DNA from: Chlorokybus atmophyticus
Lineage: Eukaryota; Plantae; Mesostigma and Chlorokybus algae
Assembly: GCA_009103225.1 (NCBI GenBank)
Contig: RHPI01000193.1
Location: 1 to 64,000, forward strand
Reading direction: 5' to 3'
DNA: 64,000 bases
This document shows positions 46,570 to 58,853 of this stretch, one piece after another. The notes below the pieces were generated by a model, which did not search any database, was not told where the DNA came from, and was given only the letters and a program-made list of their open reading frames with translations. The stretch's first letter is position 1; each line of letters begins with the position of its first letter. A program made the position numbers and the translations under genes.

Positions 46570-47450
46570 CCACTAGGCTACGGTAGTAAACGACACTACC
46601 ATGAGTGAGGTCTGTCAAAATTTATCCCAATTCGTGAGATTCCTCCCCAATTTAACCATGAGTTCCTCATAATCCAATGAGGCACTAGCCCACGTCGCCG
46701 TGTTCGCGGCCGTACCACGATCGGACTGCCCGCGGCCTGTTGGATCCGGCCCACGAACGGTCCTGACCGACCGAACGGCCATCCTCACCGCGCGACCTGC
46801 CATTGCAGCGCGACCGCTTACGCGGCCTTAGGTTGAATTAACTCGGCGCGCAGGTCGTGATCCCGCGCCCTGCCTAGGGCAAGCTGCCCCAAATGTTCTT
46901 GTTTTTGCCTTGGGGCAGTAACGCGCGACTTGCTGGACGGCAGTCGGTGATTCCGACGCGTCGCGCTTGATACCACGCGACTTTGCCTGGCGGCGACTGA
47001 CTGTCAATCTCATACGCGCAATGCGCGCCGCGATTGCTCAGTGATGATTGCAAAATCGCTTCCACTGCTTAGTGACGAGATAAATGAAAAACACGCACAC
47101 TAATGAGGACATTAGACACCTAAGTGGGGGGGGATGTCATTGACGACTAATAATACCACAATGGCCGCAAAACACACTTCGTGCTTTTGTGGCCTAGTGG
47201 TTTGTTACACAGTTGCTCTTGCTGTTTTCAAGCATGGTTACAGCTCCAGACCCAGTTTAGACGCTGGTGCTTTTGACCAAAGCGGTTGTTCAGGCCAGGG
47301 CGGTAAAAAGAAGAAGAAACGCGTTTCTCATCAAAGTCATCCATGAGAAGCATGGAGGCGTGAGAAAAAGGTGAAGGCTTGCGTGAGAGCAAGCGGTGTG
47401 CGTGAGTAATGCAGGAGCTGATGTTGAAGGACAAGCTGCCCGCGTGGGAG

Positions 47451-47911
47451 TGTTGAAGGTATTACATGGGTGATGCTTGTATCCGGTCAGCTTGCCCTTC
47501 ATACAGGAGTCGAGGGTCGAAGGTACCAGGAAGAAGCGCGTGGACTCCAGACTTAGCAAGACGGTCGAGTCATGATGGACTCCGGACCAGGCTGCTTGGT
47601 AGAGCCTTGGGAGAAATTGCGTAGCTTTGTGAATACGTAAGCTTAGCAGGCGTGGCTTAGCTTGTTGGAAAGCTCTTGTTGTGAGCTAGACGTAGCGTAG
47701 CTTACGGAACAGCAATTGGCTGAGTATAGCGCACGCGGTGCTTACCAATGTAGACGTGTGTAGAGACTGGCGGGGTATATATAGCCCAGACTTGTTGCAA
47801 TGAAGATAAGAGGTCACGATGTAGCATGTGTGCGGATGCTATGGCGGCAGTAGCAGTCATGCTCTTGTGTTGATGTTGTTGGCGTGTCATTTGCACATGT
47901 GTATGTCAACA
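47451..47911 (+). repeat. Copia 3' LTR (TGTTG...CAACA) of a related family
   Basis: Preceded by AAGCTGCCCGCGTGGGAG, the same sequence found before LTR 41675; shares TGTATCCGGTCAGCTTGCCC; abuts Tnp2 #2. Confidence 0.8.
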
Positions 47912-50900
47912 GGAACAGCCGTGCGGAGGCAAATGCGGGCGCACGCGCAAGGAGTGTATAGATTTTCTGTACACGCCCATTGGTCCAACACTCGGTCCGT
48001 GGCTGCAAGTTCCTTCAATCGCATATGACAACCTTGCTGCTTGGCGAGACAAAAACACCTGGTTCAACGTGCTAGCAAACCATCCCCCAGCTCCTCAATG
48101 GGAAGCTTGGCATGGCAGCAAGTGGAGAGAACTGACTGCTTTTTGGGACTGCACGAAGACCATCCCTCTGCCAAACAAATGCGACTGTGGACGCTACAAT
48201 TATGACATTAACATGTCGCAGCACAGGGATGGTTATCAGAAATGGCATTGCGAGTGCTCCTATGAGAATGAAGAGGCTGCGCAGCAGTGTACTGGAGACC
48301 CACGCAACATTGGGCTCATGCTGCACAGTGATGCTTTCAGCTGCGCATCTACTACAAAGCGGAGCACCCTTGTCATCAACGTCGTTGTGCTCAATGGAGG
48401 CAAGCGCGTCAGCTCACAGGCGTCTTCCATCATGCCAGTAGTATTTGTCCCAGTTGACGAGCTACTCGATGCGGACAAGGACTGTCTGAACCCGTTCATG
48501 AAGCCCATGGTGGATGAGTTGGAGGATTTGTACGCCATGGGCTTCCCCACGCACTACAGTTTGGACTCCAGCCAGGTGGACTTCAAACTCCCTCATCGAT
48601 CGGCTGGTACGCTCGCATGCATCTGTTTAGCAATGCCACGCACACGCAGCTGTTCTTGCGACCTTTCTTATGTATGGAATGCATTGCTGTGCTTGTTTAA
48701 GCTCAGGACTGTCTTTGCGCGGTCAACTGCGACTGTTAATCTTATGCACTCCACTGCTATTATTGTATGAGTTTGCTTGAGCAAGGCTCTCCATGCGACT
48801 GTCAAGTCAGTGTGTCAAGTCTATGTGTTGCTTCATTAGCTTACACATGCAGTTTGTGCGCCTGCCCATGTCCGACATTTCATTTCAGGTCCCATGTCCG
48901 ACAGTCCAAATCGACAGCCGCGGCTGTGTCCCGTGCATAGTCGCGTACGCGCGCTGCTGCGCACAAAGCAATGAGTCCTGATGCCTCCAATGGTTTGCAG
49001 GTGATAAGATTTTCCTGAGAGCCATGGTCATGAACATTGCCGGTGACAATCCAGCCCAAAGCGAGATGGGGCAATTCAAGAATGGCGGCTTATGCGGTTG
49101 CAGGGCTTGTTGCCTGCTGGCAACTCATATCCGGCACTCTACTGTCACCAAGAAAGTCACTCAAGATCCCAGCACTGACAACAATGCTGTTAAAGAAACT
49201 CGGAGCAATAGGACCGACTTCCACAATGCTAGCAGCCGCTACCACAGTCGCCATCCATTTGAAAAGAACTGCAAAGGCCACATACCAGCTGACCGATGAA
49301 GTTGAAAGCACAGAAGATCCCAATCGCAAGAAAGAAAAGGCCAAGAAGTATGGCGTCAACGGGCTGTCGCCTTTGTGGAGGCTTTGGCGGATGTACAAGT
49401 TTGACCCATGTTAGGACATGGCCTTTGATACTATGCACACGCTAGCCAAAGGACTGGCCAAGAGCTTGACAGCCTGCACTCTTATGGATGGTGGGGACGA
49501 GCAGGTCAGCAAGGCTGACCTCGACAATCGGCTGTCCGTGATGAGAAATGTAAGACCAAGAGAGGTGAAGAATGGTAATCGCTGGCCACATGGCCTCAGC
49601 AGTCGCCTTGGATGGTGGAAGGCGCAGGAGCACCAGTTCTTCGTGCAATTTGGTGTGCCCTATGTTTTTCACAAGCTGCTCAGCGAAGAAAGGAGAGATC
49701 TCGTCATGTGTCTCCACATGATCTTCCGCTTATTCTTTAACATCTCACGGCGCTTTGGTTTGGGATTCAGACCGCCTGGAGCTCGCTCGGATGCATTGCT
49801 CAGGTACTGGAAGGTCAACATCGAGATCTGCTTTAGCACCAACAAAAAGATTTTGGAGCACATTGCGGGGACTTGCCACCTGCTTGACAACATCCGTAGA
49901 CACGGCAGCCATGACGTAATCTGGTGCTACGCCGCTGAGCGCGCTGTGAAGCTGTATGTCAACACCCCATCCAACTGCAAGGATTACGAGATCAGCTTTA
50001 TGAAACATTCTGTCAGGAAATGGTTTGTGCGACTATTTAGCGTCATGCGTGACGATCAGCGTTCAGGCCTGCTGCTCTGCCATAGAGTTGGCAACATACT
50101 GTCTACAATCTGCAAAACAAAATTCGACGGGTCCACCTGGTATGAGGTCGCCACAATCAAGCACGCAGAGGATATTTGGGCGCTTGTGGAAGCATACCCC
50201 ACCCTGGCACACTCCAGGCGCGTAAAAGAACAAGGCATAGTGATTGGGCGAGGCAACATTCATTACGTCGCGAGCGACGGCTTGTTTGAGAGCATCTGTG
50301 CATAAGAGAACATTGCCATTGGCACCCCGACACGGCGGACAGTGCGCGACTACAAAGCCTATATAAGGGACGGCCTGGTATACAGGTGTGCTTTATATCT
50401 TGATTATGAATGCAGCACAGTTGTCATCGACAGTCCCACCAACGACTGTCACACAAACTGTCACTGGTGCGACTGTCTAATATAGGGTCTCTACTCTGAT
50501 ATCTACAGTCCCAGCATTGACAGCCGTGCAGACTGTCAATGCTGAGACTGTCAAACAACGACTGACAGATATTCTCTCTCTCTCACACACAGGCGCGACT
50601 GCAAGGATGCTGTGATGCTGGATGGAAATAGGCCAGCCATCGTCAACAAAATCTTCATGTTCTTTCACACCGAGTGCCATGTGTACATTGCTGTCAACCG
50701 CTACAGCCTGCAAAAAGATGCTGCTAGAAATCAATGGACGCAGACTCCGGTGCCTTGCATGTGGGGCGTTTGAAAAACACCAACATTCTTGTCCGAGGCC
50801 ACCAGCTGCTGCGCAAAGTGTGGATGCTGACGGAGAGACCAAGGCTGCTCCCCTACATGCTGGCTTACGATTTCAGCAACCGAGAGCTGCAATTGCGAGC

Positions 50901-51400
50901 AGCTGATATACCTCTGCCAGTATGGCCTGAAACCGGGGATGTGCTGCTTGTGAGACATGAGGATGAGAAGAAGTCGGTCTTTGACTTTCGCGTGCCAACT
51001 GACCCACCAGCACCTGTATCTAATGATCCTCCGCCATGGATTGTTATTGTTCGACAGCCTTAAGTTGATGATGAAGGCAACATATTGGTTGACTACCTGA
51101 AGCCTGCTCCTGGATCAGCGAGTGCTCGCCAAGGCCTACCGCGGTGGGTGGTCAATAAGGACTGTCGCAACCAGAAGGTGTCACCCATTGCGGTCAGGAG
51201 GAAGCTCAACTGGCAGCAAGTTGATCAAGGCAGATGGCAAGAGCAGCCGACAACTGAGGTTGTGCGTATGTTTTACAACAGGCACATCATGTACTACAAA
51301 GCAGGCAAGGCTGAGGCAGGTACGCATCACTTGTCTCATCAGTGTTGTTCCTTGACAGTCCCATGGACAGTCGGCTGTCCATAGGACTGTCGGGTAACAA
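47912..51400 (+). mobile_element. CACTA/EnSpm Tnp2-type transposase #2 (5'-truncated, multi-exon)
   Basis: EAWHGSKW, GLMLHSDAFS, KPMVDELEDL, GDNPAQSEMG...CGCRAC, DTMHTLAKGL, WKAQEHQFF, HLLDNIRRHGSHDVIWCYAAER. Confidence 0.85.
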
Positions 51401-51499
51401 CACTATCAGAGTACCGTTCCAGGGCTGTGCGATTTTCGTGGGCTTGGTCTCTCCCATGCCAGGTTGGCCGTTTGCATCACGGTGACCAGCGTGCACGTT

Positions 51500-53920
51500 G
51501 TTCATACAGTAAAGGCAGCCCCATATAAACTTCGGCGATGTGGACGACCTCCTTCGAGCCATGGTGTACTGCCTGAGACTGTCCACTGTGCCAAGAGACT
51601 GTCGACGCCTACCCAACAGCACCCTGAACCCAACCCTTCACCCCCAATCTTCGCTCAACAACAACAACAACGACGCCAAAGGTCTTGCAACGCTTATGTA
51701 CGCCGCCAACCCACAGACAGCCGTTGATCATGGTGCTAACAGCCGTCAATTCCTAGGCGAGTTCAACCCTAATTTATCGTCCGCTTCGCTCTCTTGGCGA
51801 GTTGCATTGTTGCGCTACTTGTGCGGCTTGTGTGGCTTGTGCGAACTCACAACGCTTGTGCGGCTTGTGCGGTTGTTTATGTAAGGCACTGGTCCGACAG
51901 TCTCTGTTGACAGTCGACAGCTTGGGTTGCTCACTTGCTGTGGTGCCAGGACACTTGCACTTCTGCTGTGCTGTTTGCCAGTTGATTTCAGCTGTTGAAA
52001 GGTGAGCAGGTTGCTTGCAAGCTTGAATGCTTGCTTGCTTGCTTGTATGACAGTCTCTGTTAACAGTTGACAGCTTGGGTTGCTCACTTGCTGTGGTGCC
52101 AGGACACTTGCACTTCTGCTGTGCTGTTTGCCAGTTGATTTCAGCTGTTGAAAGGTGAGCAGGTTGCTTGCAAGCTTGAATGCTTGCTTGCTTGCTTGTA
52201 TGACAGTCTCTGTTGACAGTCGACAGCTTGGGTTGCCCCTAGTGTGAAGTTAAACTGTCTTTGCTCTAAGTTTAGTTGTTTGTTCAGGCAGTTCAATTGA
52301 CACCATGACCACTGGGGAGGCAAGACAAATGCCCGCCGCAGCTGATTGTTTCAGAGCAAAGGGGAACCACTTGCTGGGCCAAGTGACGGGCTCGCAGTTG
52401 CTATTGAAACCAGAGTTCAAGCATATGCGCACAACGCATATGAACAACCTGGCGAAGCTGAAAAAAGAGATGCTGAGCAAGTGGCCACCTCAAGGCATGA
52501 AAGGCACAGATTTCAAGCAGAACGCCCAGCACCGGCAGGACCTGGACAATGTCTGCGAGACTGTATTGCAGGCGTCAGAGCCACTGGTCTGTGACACAGA
52601 CCACACCCTGAAATGGACCAAAGGCAAGCTGCTAGTAGAGTTGAGCTGTGTTGTAGCAAGCCTTCCAAGCAGCATGGCACTTACTCCTCGGTTTTATTGT
52701 GTCTCCTTCTCTGTCTTGCCATTGACAGTCCTTGCCCTGCATATCCTTGATGCTTTCAGATGTTGGTTGCTCAGTAACCAGTTGCGTTATGCTATGTTCC
52801 AAGTTGTGACCTCTTTGCTGATGGCTACCAAAGGACTGTCGCTGCCATGTCTCATCTGCTTGTGTTTCTGCAGCACAAATCAAGAGTCATGTTCTCCAGC
52901 TACAGTACTCTGTTGGCGCGAAGCGCGGTAGTGATTACGGGCAAAGCATGGAAGAACGCAATGCTACCAAGAAGCAAAGGCGATCCAGCGACAGGGAAGC
53001 TACCCAAGGCATCCGCACTACTGAAGCTGCTGCTGGCTGGGGCATGACTTTTACGATTGGCAGGGACTCGAGGGCCAACCAGCAGGTGGTCATGCTTGCG
53101 CCTTTGACTGCTGAGCCTCTAACAGATGCTCAGTACCAAGCCACTTGACTGAAAGAGAGGTAACTATTGTGCTGTCGGCTGTTGATCGAGTTCTACAGTC
53201 CTCACACTGGTTTGCTTAGCTGTGCCTCCATGGCTGCGTACTGGATTCACACATGCTGCCTGCTAACTAAGGATTTCCTAACAGGGGTGCGGACGGGTTC
53301 GTTGAAGATCAGGTGTTTGACATCGCCAACAACGCAGTAATTGTTGGCATCGCCACCATCAAGTCCGTATGCGAGCCAGAACAACCAATGTGGACGTACA
53401 ATGTTTGTGTTACCCACTGGATGCCAGTGAGAAGCGAGGATGGCAACCTTGGCATTTGCCTACCTGTGAAAGAAAGGCATTTTCTCTATGGCCAGCTGGC
53501 AAGCAGCTGCCATGGTGGGCGTACTCTGGAGTACATTGCTTGCTGTGGATATGCTCCTGCTGTGACTGTATGGTGCATGAGTGCAAGAACATTTCTGTGT
53601 TAAACAACATGCAAGGCAGGGAGATGGAGTGGCCCACGATGTTCTTGGCCGACGGAGGCATCTGTCCATGTGAGGCATGCGGCAACGACGATTGCATTGT
53701 GGTGCCGGGTTGCATCAAGGACATACTGCCTACGACCGCAGCTCGGCACAGCACAGACACAGAGGTCAGTAAGGGCTGTTGTCAGCGCATGGCATGACTC
53801 ATTGGCACGCGTTTGCTCGCACACTTACAGTAGCACACATATCATCTCTTGCAACATCACGCACAGTGTCCAACTATCTGTTGCTCACTGCCTCTCACAA
53901 ACACGGACACACACGGACAC

Positions 53921-53951
<31 letters not shown>

Positions 53952-54600
53952 ATGCTTGTATGGCGTTACGTTATGCCGCGCTCGTGGTCCTCACAGTCAC
54001 TTGACAGTCGCAGGCTGTCCCATATGGACAGTCGCCAATGCACTCTATTGACAGATGTATGACATGTGCAGGCTGCTGGAGCCATCTCCGACTGTCAAGA
54101 TCAAACAGTTGCAATGGACTTGATTTTGCAGCTGCAATTGTTTGCGACACCAAACCAAACGCCCCCACTAAAGAGCAGGCGATGGACGTGTACGAGTACT
54201 ACCAGCACATTGAGCACGCGGTATTCACCAGTCGTCACCAACTGCCATTCAAGGATTCTGAGCGAATGGAGTCTTATCCAGACGAGAGGATCTTGCGAGC
54301 AGTTGTCAGCTTTGCAGCAAAGAAAAAGTGGTTGGTGACCAACGATGAGGTTGAAGGAGGGTGCGAGTGGCGATATAAATCTCGCAAACTACCAGGTATG
54401 CATATTGAACTACAAGTCATTGACAGTCCTTGGGTAGTTGTCGAGGCGACTACACATTGCAGGGCTGTTGAGCGAGGGAAGGAAGAAAAAGCCATGGCAA
54501 CCCAAGAAGCAGTGGATGCGACAGCCCTCGTCATCCTAGGTGGGTGGTTTATTGTGCCACAATTGCATGTGTGTGTCAACACTGTATGTCTTGTGTAAGC
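51500..54600 (+). CDS. Putative second (TnpA/ORF2-like) multi-exon gene of the CACTA element
   Basis: Same-strand exon-like ORF pieces between Tnp2 and the right subterminal array, with a Cys-rich segment (CPCEACGNDDC); no recognisable domain. Confidence 0.35.
51896..52236 (+). repeat. 153-bp tandem repeat, about 2.2 copies
   Basis: Units start at 51896, 52049 and 52202 (GACAGTCTCTGTT...); near-identical. Confidence 0.9.
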
Positions 54601-54929
54601 ACAGGTAGACTCACAGTTGTTTTGCAGACATTTGATGCACGAGTTGGCTGCAGGGGCTGTCCACAGAGGCTATCAAACAAGGGTGTCCCTGGCTCCTGTG
54701 GCTGTCGTCGGCTCATGAGGCTGGGAGTCAGCACATAATGTGGAAAGATGGGAGTGGCTTCACATGGGGTCCAGCTGCCCAGGCGAAGGTGCAACACAAC
54801 AAAGCTGTTGTCAGCTGCGACTGTCAACAGCAGCGTGCAGTGCATGTAGGAGACTGTAGGTGTAGTACATGACGCTAGCTTAATACTGATGATCATGATC
54901 AGACTGTCCTTTGACAGTCCATTCCAGCA

Positions 54930-55569
54930 TTTTTGTGAATTGTATGCGTGGCGGATTGTATGCACCAGGCATGGTGCATGAAACAGCACGCACACCATGC
55001 ATGGCTTCCATGCATGTGACATCATGACAGACCATGATTGGTGCACCAAATCAAGGTAGACCGCACCATGTATGGTGCGGTGCCTGGCAGGACCATACGT
55101 GGTGCCGCTTGTGGACCATGTATGCGCAACACCTTGTCGGTAGCCATGGACCATTCATGGTGCGACTGTCGACCAGACTAGCACCATATGTGGTCCACTG
55201 TGCAAGGAGGGCAGCGTACCATGATTGGTCTAGGCAATCTCAGTAACAAACATGACTTGCGGTCCGCATCCATGGACCATGTATGGTGCGACTGTCAGTT
55301 ACCGGACATGAAGCAAGCAAGAAACCATGAATGGTCCACTGTTCCAGGGGGCATCGCACCATGCATGGTCCATAAATCTCATGCATACTGGCCACCATGC
55401 CTGGTGCGTCCCAAGGGACAATGGTACCATTCACATGAAATTCGAACCATGCATGGTCCGACTGTCCATGAAAGCCGGACCATACATGGTCCGTCAATTT
55501 CACTTAGCAGGGGAAAATCCCGGTCCTGCGTCACGGACCATTCATGGTCCTTGAACGTCAATCCGTGTG
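54930..55569 (-). repeat. Right subterminal array (ACCATGCATGGTCC/GGACCAT) and TIR of CACTA-like element
   Basis: Dense GGACCAT/ATGGTCC motifs ending ...ATCCGTGTG (reverse complement CACACGGAT). Confidence 0.72.
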
Positions 55570-55578
55570 GCTAAGATG

Positions 55579-56047
55579 TTAATTGGTTAGTTAACTGGTC
55601 GCATCTTTTACTGCAAAGCAATAGGTGCGACCGGTCGCACCTATTGCTGCACAGCAAGGTGCGTCCAATGGCTGGTCGCACCTTTGCCGCGTAAGGGTGT
55701 GACTACCATGTAGTTTAACTCGCTAACTAGTTAGCTTAACCAATTTATAACCGGTCGCACCTTGCTGCGCAGCAAGAGATGTGACCGGGCACCTTTTGCT
55801 GCGCAGCAAGACGCCACCTTGCTGCGCAAAGTACCGGTAATTGCTGTGCAAATGGCAGTAGCGTCTATATACGTATCAGCCGAGCATGTCACCATTTGTT
55901 TCGTTGGAGGCCTAGTTGGGACGGTGGCAAGGTTGCACCCTGTAGACCAAAGTTTAAAACCCCTTCGACATGTGTGCAAATTGGGCAGGTAGGAGGAGAA
56001 TAGTTTTATAACTGTGTAGTTAGATATTCAATAGCTAACTACACAGT
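55579..56047. repeat. Palindrome/hairpin cluster
   Basis: Perfect 30-bp palindrome 55618-55647, 16-bp 55761-55776, 14-bp 55796-55809, and a 13-bp stem with 11-nt loop at 56011-56047. Confidence 0.85.
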
Positions 56048-58853
56048 CAATTATTATCTTCGTTCACATTGCGACCAACGGTTCAGTTAGGTACTTAACT
56101 CAATACCTCGTACCTTGTACATTGTATTGCATGGACGCCGCATACTCAGGAGCAGAAATCGATGCACCAGTGGTGACGATCGAGGAAAATTGAACCATAG
56201 TTGGTTTTTGCGGTTATACGTCAGGTTTTGACCCTGGTTCTTGGCTTCCACCGCCCGCTATTGCCCCCTGGTGCGGATGTCCGCGGCATACATGGTTGTG
56301 TCGAGATTTTTCACGGTGTGCACACATACCAGTATACAAGGGAAGAAGCAGCTAGGCAGGTGTTGTCCACAACACCACCAACATGAGCAGCAGGAAGTAG
56401 GAGGCGCGTCGTCTTCAGCACAGGCGTCAAACATGGGACACACACCTTAAGCTCTAGCTGGGTAGAACACCTTCAAACGCACCCAATATAGGAGGGTAAA
56501 GAAGGCCCGTTTAACATCTAAGCCAAGCACCCTATACATACATAGCAAGTGAGCACCATGCCAACTTCAACTAAACCCCCAACACCATGCTGGCCTAGCC
56601 TGTTACACTCCTCCCTGTTGCCTTCCCACTTAGCCACAAGTGAGGTCAAAAGCCATCACCACCTTTTTGCCCACACTGTGCTGACACATTAACTTTTTTA
56701 AGCTGTAGCTACAGATACAGTAGGTACCAGCATATGCTACTGGCATATGACAACATGGTGTGACATATGTAAATCCAACCATGTTTGTAATTAATTGTAT
56801 CACACACAGTACAATGATGTGCCACACGGTGACACATGTCTCATCAATCCTCACATGTCTCATCAATAACTTATAAGTTGCACGCACACTGATCAACTCT
56901 TTGCAAGCTGCTTATCAATGCCTTGTACATTTCATCTTGCATAAGGCTCATGAGCTCAAGGACTGACTGTATGAGCGAATCACTTAGGTACTGCACACAC
57001 CAAGTAGTTAAACTCCCGAACAATCACATTGTCAACATAGCATCATGAGAGTGAGATTGCCTTGCATGTTAAATGTGACATCGGCTGATCGGTTAGCCTC
57101 TCAAGACGATGCGCATAATTATCTGCACAATGCAGCAACAACTGCATGTGCAAAGACACATGAGCCGGAATTGCTAGCAAGTGATGAGTCGTTCATGCGT
57201 GCTTCATCCTGCTGTGCTTGATTAATCTCAGTAGCGCAAGCTCATAATTTGTCGTGTGACAAAAAGGGCAATTGCACTAGCTGTTTGTAAATATAATCAA
57301 TAGCTCAACACAATCGCATGCAATACTTGATCTTTACAAGCCAAAACTGTGCAACTTGCAGAATGTTAAGAGGGTAGGGGTAGGGGCTTAAGCCAAGGTT
57401 GTAAGGTTTTACTCTTGCTACACTATTAAGCTGCGTAAGGTAAGAAGTAGACACCGTGCCTCCTCAAGCAAACACATTTATCAATCAATACACAAATGCA
57501 TCATAATATTATAACGCAATGTTAACATATACAGCCTATGTGCAGAATTGCAGAGTCATGTCGATTTGTAACTGAAAGACCAGAAACCAATCTATGCAAT
57601 TCATTATCATGTACTTTCACAATTCCGCCTTTGTTGAACTCTTTTATTGGTGTCAAAACAAACTGTGACATTGTTTCACACAAACCTAACACTAGCAATG
57701 TTGCATTGCAATTGGGAATTTTCAGATGTAGTAACAACCCCGCGATTTGTTTCATGTACATATGTTCCTAAGGGGATTATTGTGTTAAGCTGTTTGTAGT
57801 CGGTTATTATTGTGTTTAATTGATGCGTCTTGTTATGAAACCAATGACAAGCTACTTGTTGAATACAATGTGATCTATGCGGGTGTCGTGTATAGAATCA
57901 AGCACAATTGCTAGCATGGATTAGCGTGACGCATCATGCAAGTTGTACCACTGTAAACACGGTCGCTCAACATGGGACAGCCATGGTGACATTGTTTCAC
58001 ACCGTCCCATTTCGAGATTGTGCATAAACACGCTATGTTGCAATCGGGTAATAATCATGCGATAATGCTACGTAATTGCATTTGATCGATGACTTTGTTC
58101 TGGATATGCCTGCAATTATGGCCCTTTATGCGGCAAACGATAGACGTTCTTTTCGCTTAACATGGACGTTGTACAAGCCCAAAAGATAAATCCCAACAGA
58201 ATTGTCATGCCCCAACAGTTAGGTCGAGTGAGTGTGTTATCTGACTGTCTCAGCCATCAACAATGCATTGCCAGTGGCCAAGCGCTTGCAAATTGGTCAC
58301 TGCAAGTCGCAGCACCTTGTTTCCATGCCTATCGCCGTACATCCAGCCATCAAATGCTAATACTCAATCCGCACGACGGATTCCCGCGTCATCTCCTCGA
58401 GTTACGCCTCCTTTCTGTTACGCACGTCCCGTTAATCGCGCGGAAAAACAATATAATTCGCGCCAGGGCGGACATTCCCTCTCTCCGCTCACGTTGCCCC
58501 AAATAGACCTAAATTTAACTACCCCTGCCGCTCGCCACTGCTGTGGCGCTGTCCGAGCAGCAGCCAACACCCAACACCCCAACGCCACCCGCCCAACGCC
58601 AACAGCAACAACAACCCGCCACCACCGCGATGACGTGGCTCGCCGGCGGCGGAGGCGGCGGAGCCAGGGGGGATGGATGTGGGTGCCTCGCCCGGAATAA
58701 CAGCATGACCATGGCGACGATGCTCCGCATTGCTGGAGGCGACATGGAGGAGCACCGACTGGGGAGCGGGGGCCGTCAATGCGCCTAGGAGCAGGAGCAG
58801 GAGCTGCAGGAGGAGCAGGACGAGGAGATCGCCGCCCCTCCCCAGCTGTAGGG

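Noticed and set aside
46571-47074. Small CACTA element (CACTA...TAGTG)
   Set aside because: TIR similarity is minimal beyond the pentamer and there is no 3-bp TSD.
56100-58100. Possible transposase relic in the AT-richer interval
   Set aside because: No recognisable motifs in any frame.
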